DNA from: a virus
Lineage: Duplodnaviria > Caudoviricetes
IMG/VR virus record: IMGVR_UViG_3300028284_000006
Coordinates: 699 to 64,698 of that record
Reading direction: 5' to 3' (one strand)
DNA: 64,000 bases
Below, piece after piece: positions 56,001 through 64,000 of this stretch; the first letter of the stretch is position 1; each line of letters begins with the position of its first letter. The translations under genes and the position numbers were made by a program. The notes below the pieces were generated by a model, which made no database searches, was not told the origin of the DNA, and saw only the letters and a list, made by a program, of their open reading frames with translations.

Positions 56001-59000
56001 TTATATAAGTCTTCTAAATTTAAAAGTGTATGTTGCCGCTGTAGATTCTATAGCGCTTGATTTTATCTGAAATTTTAAGTGAGTCCCCACTGAACTAGGT
56101 TGATGCAAAGTCCTAAAAGAAAATTCTTGATTTGGAGCATGTCCTGCCCTGTGCATGTGTATCTCATCCGCACTTGTATCATTCGTGCTACCGCTACCGA
56201 ACCAAGACATCATGCCTGAGTATCTAACATCATAGCTACCATGAGTAGAGTTGTTTATATGGCACTGAACAGAATAAGTACCATTTGCTAAGTCATTATA
56301 GTTTATCCCAGTATCCATCCAGTCTGTTGTTGTAGGTGTAAGGCTTAAAGCAAAAGTTTTAACCTGGTCAACATCAGTACCTTCTGTCATTGTTAAACCT
56401 TGATGTTCAACATTGCCAGATACTGTTACACTAGAGGCTGTTACTAAGTTTAAGTTTGAAGTACTCGATGGGTTTACGAAATAACTAGTATCGTCACTAT
56501 CGTAGAATATGGGTGCTCTAGAAGATCCTGGGGATAATGTATAAGAGTTATAAACATAAAACTCAGGATTATTGTCGCAGCGAAATTCTATCGGACTTGT
56601 GCCCGTTTGAGTTCTAACCGCCCACATACCATCACTGTCTAATAAACCGAATCCGCCGCCATCTGCATACAAGAAACCTTTCTGAGTGCCAGCTGCATTC
56701 CTAATTCTAATACCACCTGCGTTGGAGTCTCCGTATTTAAAGTTTAAATAGCTATCGTTACCATCATCGTAAAACCTAACGTTATCGTGGAAGTGTAATT
56801 GAGATACGTAATCAATTGTAGCATTGTTCATATCGATCGAGCCACCCATTTTAAGTCTATAACCACCTGATGTGTTAGCAGCTGTACCTATACCCAAATA
56901 GCTAATTTGAGAAGTGTTGTATATTGAGTTAGCTGTTGGATTTACATAATAATTGGTATCATTAGAATCGTAGAATATAGGTGCTCTTAATGATGTTGTA
57001 GCTTGAACATTACCACCTGTATCAACCGTTAATCTAGTGTTGTTATTTGTTATGAACTCCAAGTTATGGTTGGATTCCATACCAAACTTAGCAGAGTTTT
57101 GACCTGTATGAGCGTACCAAACACTTAACATATCGTCGGCATCTTGCCCAACTGTTATCTTGGCATGAACGTTATCTACTACATTTAACCTTGCTCCCCA
57201 ATTCCCAGAATTAGGTTTATATTGCGAGCTATCACCTATTGTAACGTGTTGTCTAAATACACCAGAATAATCCGTGGCTGCTGGATTAACATAATAATTG
57301 GTGTTATCTGAGTCGTAAAAAATAGTTGCTCTAACTTGATTAGCATAAAGTATACCTGAGCTAGTCATATTAGCGTTATAAGTACCTGCTCCGTTACCAA
57401 ACTTTACACCACCTGTACCTGCATAGAAGTTTAAATATATAGAACTTGTACTATCAGCAGCGTCTAAATGCAAGTTACCATCAGTTGTAACAACACTTGC
57501 CATCTCTGTACCGGTTGCTGTGTGCCCATTTCCACCGATTCTTAATGAAGACCCCCATGTAGTGTTTGGTCCAAAAGTAATGTGGTTACCGGCTCCTGTT
57601 GTTAAATTACCTGTAAAAGAATCATTAGCGTCACTTCTTAAAAACTGAGTGCTGTTTAAACCATCTAGCAGGTTTGCATTGCTTGAGTTAGCGTTAGACG
57701 TAACCCATGCTTGTGTAGCTACTGTGTCCCAGCTAGTTTGCCAGGTACCGCTTTGCTTGCTACGTATATATAACTTGTTGTTATGAAAATCATGAAAGTT
57801 TTGTGTAGCCCAATTACTTGAGTCCCAGTAGTTCGTTGTTAATAGTCCATCAGAAGCACCTGGAGGATCATCTGTCGCTCCGCTGACATCCCAAATAGTC
57901 ACACTTGTTTCGTTAACTGTATCTGCGTTTGCGTTTAACCTTGAGAATTTTTTGACGTTACCACTAGTTGTTCCTGTTATAGTTGACTGAACCGTTAATC
58001 CGTTTAAGTTAGAAGTACTCGCAGGGTTTACGTAATAGCCAGTATTATTACTGTCGTAGAATATAGGCGCTCTAAAATCAGTAGCACTTTGCCCTGTTCC
58101 AGCTTGCCATGTTTTACCTGTGCCACCGTGGACCGTCCATTTAGTACTGTCACTACCAACAAAAACAAATTCATTAGGATTCGTACTATTACTCCATATA
58201 TTTCCAGGTCCTCCAACTCCGTTTGTTCCGTATCTTGCGCCGCTATTACCAGCCCAAAAAAGACCCCAAGTGTTGCCAGCAGCAGTTACCATATAAGAAT
58301 TATAATCCGAGCCTAGTTTAAAAGGAGTGTTGTTCTGTCCATCTCCTGACGTTGAAATTGTACCACTAAATATGGAAGAATTAACTACGTTAAAGTTTGA
58401 AGTACTAGAAGGGTTTACATAATAACCAGTGTTGTCTCTATCGTAAAAACTAGGAGCACGCATATCATTAGCTGCTTGTAAACTAGTATTAGAGTACATG
58501 TAGTTGCCTGTTTCATGGAAATGTACTCCTGCGTCATAGAACAGCCCTGTTCCATTCGCTGGGTGAATCCAGTTATTTACGTATAGATAACCATTACCAG
58601 CTGTTCTAAGCACTACGTTGGCTCCATTTTGGCCTGAGTTAAAACCGTCTAGCTTATCAGCGTCTAAGCCAGAACCTGATCCATCAACTGTTTTAATTGC
58701 TGTTAAAAGTTCTGTTGGTGTTGAATAAACGTTTGCTTCAGCATTAGAAGGAGCGTGCGCTGCTTGTGAATGTGTGTATGCTGTATTCCATTCTGTTGAT
58801 GTTCCACCAGTTGCTGTTAAAACACCCGCAACATTTAATCCAGAATTTTCTAAAGTCATCTTGATGGTATGATTACCATCTGTCGCTGATTGACCCCATT
58901 TAAAAATAGGAACACTACTACCTATTAGATTGTATTGTTGATTCGCTGCTCCAAACAATCTATGCTCTTGAGAACCTGCTTGACCAAATAAGAAGTTGCT

Positions 59001-60092
59001 ATTCATACCCCCATCTCCTTCATCTACTCGTAATTGGTATAATTTAGAGATACCTGCTGGATTAACATAATAATTGGTGTTATCTGAGTCGTAAAACCAA
59101 CTCGCTCTAGCTTGGTTAGCGTAAAGTATACCCAAACTATTTATTTCTGCGTTAGTACCTGTTGCTCCATTACCGAACTTTACACCTCCTGTTCCTGTGT
59201 AGAAGTTTATGTAAGTAGCATAATTTCCAGCCGCTGCGTCTAAATGCAGGTTACCATCAGTAGTCATTATTTTAGACGTCTTATTAGCTGTGTAACCGTG
59301 AATCAAAAGTGTTCCTTGATCCGTTGTGTTACTTACACCAAGTTCTAACGCCTTAAATCTACTTGTATTTGCTGGGTTCACATAATAAACAGTGTTGTTG
59401 CTGTCGTAGAATAAAGTCGCTCTAGCGTCTCCATTTACTTCGAAATACCCACCGTAAGTTCTTGTTCTCCAAGTAGTACCGATTCTAACTTCATGCCTAT
59501 CAGAATAGCCTAGTATAGAAGAAACAGGTGTTCCGCTAACCCCATTTGCCGCAAAAGCAATTACAGATACATTATTAGCTGGATTAAATAATCTTATGTT
59601 TTCATTGTAACCATTGTAGTTAGTACCATCGTTTATCCAAACAGAACCATTAGATATAGTACCTGTTGAGATTATATTATCAGCTTTCAAATCACCGTCA
59701 ACTACATCGCTTCCAGAGTACTTTACTATTCTAACTCCTTTGTAGCTACCTTCAGCTCCATTAGAGTTTCTTTGCCCAAGCTCCATATACTGAGCATTGT
59801 CAGTTGTTCTTACAGGTAAATGGTAAGTAAAAGACTTAGTCCAATCATCACCGTCATTTCCTGATTGGAAAGTCCATTGCCCTACAGCGTTTCTTAACCA
59901 AGTATGGCCACTGTGCTCTACTACGTCAATGCTGTTTGTAGAATTGTGATATAGTATATCGTGGTTATGCGACGGTAGGGTCGTAATGTAGCTTGTACTA
60001 TCAGTCACTACAGTATTCAAACTAGTCATCATTGAAGCATCGAGCATATGCCCACCTACTTCTATTTCATCTGTTGTATATTTTTTACCCAT
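56001..60092 (-). CDS. Modular tail fibre (RAPIFYDSNNTGYYVNP repeats)
   Basis: 1363 aa; 7 FYD repeats; DGSGSGLDADKLDG and LDGLNSTQFLRSD motifs. Confidence 0.8.
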   Translation of the reverse strand: MGKKYTTDEIEVGGHMLDASMMTSLNTVVTDSTSYITTLPSHNHDILYHNSTNSIDVVEHSGHTWLRNAVGQWTFQSGNDGDDWTKSFTYHLPVRTTDNAQYMELGQRNSNGAEGSYKGVRIVKYSGSDVVDGDLKADNIISTGTISNGSVWINDGTNYNGYNENIRLFNPANNVSVIAFAANGVSGTPVSSILGYSDRHEVRIGTTWRTRTYGGYFEVNGDARATLFYDSNNTVYYVNPANTSRFKALELGVSNTTDQGTLLIHGYTANKTSKIMTTDGNLHLDAAAGNYATYINFYTGTGGVKFGNGATGTNAEINSLGILYANQARASWFYDSDNTNYYVNPAGISKLYQLRVDEGDGGMNSNFLFGQAGSQEHRLFGAANQQYNLIGSSVPIFKWGQSATDGNHTIKMTLENSGLNVAGVLTATGGTSTEWNTAYTHSQAAHAPSNAEANVYSTPTELLTAIKTVDGSGSGLDADKLDGFNSGQNGANVVLRTAGNGYLYVNNWIHPANGTGLFYDAGVHFHETGNYMYSNTSLQAANDMRAPSFYDRDNTGYYVNPSSTSNFNVVNSSIFSGTISTSGDGQNNTPFKLGSDYNSYMVTAAGNTWGLFWAGNSGARYGTNGVGGPGNIWSNSTNPNEFVFVGSDSTKWTVHGGTGKTWQAGTGQSATDFRAPIFYDSNNTGYYVNPASTSNLNGLTVQSTITGTTSGNVKKFSRLNANADTVNETSVTIWDVSGATDDPPGASDGLLTTNYWDSSNWATQNFHDFHNNKLYIRSKQSGTWQTSWDTVATQAWVTSNANSSNANLLDGLNSTQFLRSDANDSFTGNLTTGAGNHITFGPNTTWGSSLRIGGNGHTATGTEMASVVTTDGNLHLDAADSTSSIYLNFYAGTGGVKFGNGAGTYNANMTSSGILYANQVRATIFYDSDNTNYYVNPAATDYSGVFRQHVTIGDSSQYKPNSGNWGARLNVVDNVHAKITVGQDADDMLSVWYAHTGQNSAKFGMESNHNLEFITNNNTRLTVDTGGNVQATTSLRAPIFYDSNDTNYYVNPTANSIYNTSQISYLGIGTAANTSGGYRLKMGGSIDMNNATIDYVSQLHFHDNVRFYDDGNDSYLNFKYGDSNAGGIRIRNAAGTQKGFLYADGGGFGLLDSDGMWAVRTQTGTSPIEFRCDNNPEFYVYNSYTLSPGSSRAPIFYDSDDTSYFVNPSSTSNLNLVTASSVTVSGNVEHQGLTMTEGTDVDQVKTFALSLTPTTTDWMDTGINYNDLANGTYSVQCHINNSTHGSYDVRYSGMMSWFGSGSTNDTSADEIHMHRAGHAPNQEFSFRTLHQPSSVGTHLKFQIKSSAIESTAATYTFKFRRLI

Positions 60093-63000
60093 TTACCAAA
60101 AATTTGAAACTATATTAACCCACGTGTATGTTGTAGCACCTGTCTGCATACTCATATCTACGAAGCTTGTGTTTGATGTTGATCTATATCTAATTGTGCC
60201 TACATTTGCAGCGGAAGCAGGAGCTGTGTTGTTTGGCATCTGTGCATTAACCGCTGGAACTTTCCACTCTGTACCTGCAGAAACCTTTGTCAGTACTTCT
60301 CCATTAGAACCTAATGAATTTGTTGAATCATATAACTGATTCTGTAACCTCATGTTACCAGCTACGTGGAGTAGTTGAGATGGAGCAGTAGTTCCGATCC
60401 CGACTTTACCGTTAGGCACAGTAACATTACCAGATGCCTTAACGTTTAAAGATAGGCTGTTAGCAGTCGCTGCATTACCTACAGCTGTATCAGTGTTAGA
60501 AGCGTTTGTGATAGTTGTAACAAGGTGCCCATTATTATTGGTGTCTCTTAAAGTGTTAGATATTACTCTTGTTGCTTTAACATTACCGTTCACTTCTAAC
60601 TTCTCACTAGGACTAGTCGTCCCAATCCCGACGTTGCCCATGCCGGAACCAGTTACACCTACAATTCGCATAGCTACATTAGCACCGTTATTAACAGTAA
60701 AATCTATTCCATTATAACCAAGTAATTCTACACCATCTCTATTAGCCGTTCCTATAGCTTTTGCTCTAATACCTGTATTTGTCGGGCCAAATCCATTCCT
60801 GAAACTGATCCCTGCATTGTTAGCAAAACCATCAACTGTTAATTTATTAAAAAAGTAGCCTGTTCCAGCGACACTTAATTTATATGTTCCAGTACTAGTC
60901 GTCCCTATACCGACGTTACCATCAGCGCTAATACGCATTCTTTCTGTAGGGGTATAATTAGCATCAGCAGTTACACCGCTTTGCGCGTAAAATCTAATAA
61001 CACCTTGATCAAGTCTAATTGTTGTAGGAGCAGTAACATCTGACCTCCAACTACCACTGTTGTAATATCTACCTGTACCTATACCAGAGTTTTGACCTTC
61101 TATATTTTGAACATACAAGCCCATAGAAGAATTATAGTCTTCTATTTTTATACCTGGGAAATATGCGTCTGTTTTTGTTTTTACCGTTAATGGTTCTCCA
61201 GGACTAGTTGTCCCAATACCGACGTTGCCACTATCAACCAAAGACATCACGGTTTTTGAAGCGTCAGAATCATCAACTGCTTTTTCTGTTGTTTTAAAAT
61301 CTACTCTAGTTCTGGGAAGATTACTTCCTGGATCTGCATAGTAAGATAATCCTACGGCAAAAGTAGAGCCTTTATTATCACTAGTAACAGCTCTGTGAAG
61401 TCTTAACATGTCCACACTTGCGTCATCAGTTCTTGAGGTCGCTGCTATGCCATATATATCTAAAGTCGAGTTATTGCTTAACGTACCGCTTGTAGCTTTA
61501 GGACCATCAGCTACAACTAATTTAACGCCAGGACTAGTCGTACCTATACCTACTTTACCGCCTTCTTTTATAGTTACATTTGTGCTGTTATTAGTTCCAA
61601 ATATTAAACTCTCCGCTGCGTCAGCCTTTATCCAGTTTTTGTTATTTCCTGCGTTATCAAAAAATAAAGAAGCTGTACCTGTAGTTGCTTTGTTTAAAGT
61701 TAAACTAGGAGAACCTGTACCATCTCCAATTTCTAGCTCAGTTCCAGGGTTAGTCGTCCCGATACCTACGTTACCTGAAAAACTTGCGTCAAAATTAATT
61801 CTTATAGGGGTTGATTCTGAAGACGTGTTTCTATATAAATCAATTAAAGAATTATCCGCAATATTGATTCCATCAAAAAAAGATCTAAATGATAAAACAT
61901 TGTTGTTTGAATCAAATCTAATACCTGCTCCATACCTATAAGTAAGTGGCCCAGAACTCGAATCGCCAAATATTATTTCAGAAGATTTAGCTAAAGAATT
62001 AGCGCCATATAACAAAATTCTCTGTGTACCAGCACCATTACCTACTTGTAATTGAGCTTCAGGACTAGTCGTACCTATACCTACTTTACCTCCAGATGTA
62101 ATACGCATGTACTCAATAGCTGAATCATTACCGCTAAAAACTATAGGAGCACCGCTAGTGCTATGTTGAGCATCTATACGTAAATAATTTCCTGTGCTAT
62201 CCCAAGATATGTTAGCGCTTGAATTATGCCAATCTCCAATTAATATAGTTGGATTAGATCCTTCTCCACCAGATATATTAACGCCATAGTATTCTCCAGT
62301 TCCTGCATTTACAGCAAAGTTGCCTACTACGTGAAGTTTCCTTAAAGGATCTGTAGCGTTAATACCTACATTCCCGTTTCCTAGAATAGTTACTTTACTA
62401 TCGGATAAAGTAGCGTCTGCATTAGTAGTAGTGTTATTATTTAGAATATGAAGTTTTCCGGTTCCGTAGCTAGTTACTCTCTCTAATACAATACCTGCTT
62501 TTACAGCTCCATTTTGTGCAATATAACCTGATAGGCCTATACCTGTAAAATTACCTATTGCATTTGCTTTACCTGCTACTATTGGAAATTCATCTGTACC
62601 GTTTCCTTCTGCTGTAGTTGAGTAACTTGTTAACTTGTAGCTTGGACTAATCGTCCCGATCCCGACGTTGCCACTTCCATCTATATTTATGTTAGCAGTA
62701 GAAACACCTTGTGTTCTACCAAAAGACCCCTTACCACCTTCTGCTGAAATGTAAACACCAGTGTCATTATCAGCTACAAGTAAGCTTGCTCTATTGACTC
62801 TGGCTTTTACGTATAAACCAACTTCTGCTCCACCTTCTTGAAAAATAGATGTTGTACCTGTTAGTCCTGATGTGTTTTCCCCTACCTGCAACTTAGCACC
62901 AGGAGTAGTCGTACCAATACCGACGTTACCGTTATTGTTTGCATAATATACCGTATCTAATACATTGTTTTGCCAATGCATTGCTTGTCCTGAAAATATC

Positions 63001-64000
63001 TGTTTAAACACAGCATTACCAGTTCTTGTGTATGATATTGTAAAGTCATCACCTGAATCTGAAGCAAATTGAAAATCTCCTCCTTGAGGCTGTGAGTTAG
63101 CGCCTAGTCTGAAGTCAATTGTGCTTGGAGATTGTATTTCTGTTTTACTACCTGTGTATCTTATGTAATGGTCGTTATCACCATTTTTATACAAATATTG
63201 ATTTAATCCAATATTACCGTCTACATCTAACTTATGATCAGGAGTAGTCGTACCGATACCTACGTTACCTCCGTTGAACCAAGAATTACCTTCTGTATTA
63301 AAGAATATTTTGTCAACACCCCCAGCTAACATAATCATCTTACTAGCATTCGTAGTGCTGCTAGAATACATGTTAACCATATTTGAGCTACCTTGGTTCC
63401 ATAGGAAACCATTGTTGGCGGTTTGATTTTCTGTAGTTATTTTTATTCCATCTCCGTTGCTAGAATTTTGTAGGCTTAAAGCAAATTCTCCAGCAGAACC
63501 CACTACGTGCAATTTAGTACCAGGACTAGTTGTCCCGATACCTACTTTACCGTCTCTGGTTATTCTTAGTAAGGAAGTAGTGAACCTTGTAAAATCATAA
63601 GCAGGCTTATTTGCTGTAGTTCCAAAATCAGAATTATTATCTTCTCTTACGCTAAAGGTCATTCCAGGGGCTGTAGAAGTATCAGGTTGTCCTGTAATAA
63701 ATTGGAGTGGAGCTTGTCCTGTGCCTGTTGTTCTTGAGCCAATTGTTGGTGCTTTGCCGAATGATGTATTATTACCTAGTGCTATTTGACCATTAGCTAA
63801 ACCGGCTAGATTAAATGAAGTCTCACTAGGTTGAACTACAAATGTAGCACTAGGACTAGTTGTCCCGATACCTACGTTCTTAGATGTATCTATAAAAATA
63901 GCATTACCTCCGTTTTGCATGATCTGCATAGAGGTGTTATTATAAGTACCTATATAGCCAGTTGCTCCACCTGCCACCATTCTTATATCACCGCCTCCAG
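60093..64000 (-). CDS. Modular tail fibre (GNVGIGTTSP repeats), 5'-partial
   Basis: Frame stays open past the right edge; 13 G(N/K)VGIG-type repeats in the visible part. Confidence 0.8.
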   Translation of the reverse strand, partial: GGGDIRMVAGGATGYIGTYNNTSMQIMQNGGNAIFIDTSKNVGIGTTSPSATFVVQPSETSFNLAGLANGQIALGNNTSFGKAPTIGSRTTGTGQAPLQFITGQPDTSTAPGMTFSVREDNNSDFGTTANKPAYDFTRFTTSLLRITRDGKVGIGTTSPGTKLHVVGSAGEFALSLQNSSNGDGIKITTENQTANNGFLWNQGSSNMVNMYSSSTTNASKMIMLAGGVDKIFFNTEGNSWFNGGNVGIGTTTPDHKLDVDGNIGLNQYLYKNGDNDHYIRYTGSKTEIQSPSTIDFRLGANSQPQGGDFQFASDSGDDFTISYTRTGNAVFKQIFSGQAMHWQNNVLDTVYYANNNGNVGIGTTTPGAKLQVGENTSGLTGTTSIFQEGGAEVGLYVKARVNRASLLVADNDTGVYISAEGGKGSFGRTQGVSTANINIDGSGNVGIGTISPSYKLTSYSTTAEGNGTDEFPIVAGKANAIGNFTGIGLSGYIAQNGAVKAGIVLERVTSYGTGKLHILNNNTTTNADATLSDSKVTILGNGNVGINATDPLRKLHVVGNFAVNAGTGEYYGVNISGGEGSNPTILIGDWHNSSANISWDSTGNYLRIDAQHSTSGAPIVFSGNDSAIEYMRITSGGKVGIGTTSPEAQLQVGNGAGTQRILLYGANSLAKSSEIIFGDSSSGPLTYRYGAGIRFDSNNNVLSFRSFFDGINIADNSLIDLYRNTSSESTPIRINFDASFSGNVGIGTTNPGTELEIGDGTGSPSLTLNKATTGTASLFFDNAGNNKNWIKADAAESLIFGTNNSTNVTIKEGGKVGIGTTSPGVKLVVADGPKATSGTLSNNSTLDIYGIAATSRTDDASVDMLRLHRAVTSDNKGSTFAVGLSYYADPGSNLPRTRVDFKTTEKAVDDSDASKTVMSLVDSGNVGIGTTSPGEPLTVKTKTDAYFPGIKIEDYNSSMGLYVQNIEGQNSGIGTGRYYNSGSWRSDVTAPTTIRLDQGVIRFYAQSGVTADANYTPTERMRISADGNVGIGTTSTGTYKLSVAGTGYFFNKLTVDGFANNAGISFRNGFGPTNTGIRAKAIGTANRDGVELLGYNGIDFTVNNGANVAMRIVGVTGSGMGNVGIGTTSPSEKLEVNGNVKATRVISNTLRDTNNNGHLVTTITNASNTDTAVGNAATANSLSLNVKASGNVTVPNGKVGIGTTAPSQLLHVAGNMRLQNQLYDSTNSLGSNGEVLTKVSAGTEWKVPAVNAQMPNNTAPASAANVGTIRYRSTSNTSFVDMSMQTGATTYTWVNIVSNFW

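Noticed and set aside
53057-64000. Diversity-generating retroelement or invertase shufflon
   Set aside because: No reverse transcriptase or invertase in the window, all repeats are direct and in frame, and duplicated modules do not differ specifically at adenines.
1-64000. Stop-codon reassignment as in some crAss-like phages, tRNA genes, introns or inteins
   Set aside because: Genes are intact and densely packed under the standard code with all three stops used. No tRNA T-loop motif or interrupted core gene was seen by eye; tRNAscan was not run.

Overview
The window covers most of a lytic, AT-rich podovirus-type phage genome. The host is almost certainly Bacteroidota (probably Flavobacteriia), judged from repeated TAnnTTTG promoter elements and the lack of obvious Shine-Dalgarno sites. 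Minus-strand blocks (1-6.9 kb and 24.8-64 kb) carry lysis genes, small basic proteins, GroEL/GroES, terminase, portal, scaffold, major capsid, ring and nozzle proteins, ejection proteins and three modular tail-fibre genes. The plus-strand block (7.8-24.8 kb) carries many small early genes, two C5-methyltransferase-like genes, an AP2-domain protein, an exonuclease, an SSB, a DnaA-domain-IV-like protein, a primase-helicase and an SF2 helicase. No DNA polymerase, integrase, tRNA or CRISPR array was seen. Three signals stand out. (1) Two ~87-bp arrays of TCGACAC boxes with identical spacing lie in inverted orientation 8.1 kb apart and bracket the early region, a candidate bipartite origin or looping system. 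(2) A compact H-type RNA pseudoknot sits in the leader of the SSB gene, analogous to the T4 gene 32 operator. (3) Tail-fibre modules are joined by junction repeats conserved at the DNA level. All functional calls come from motif recognition by eye; no database searches were run.
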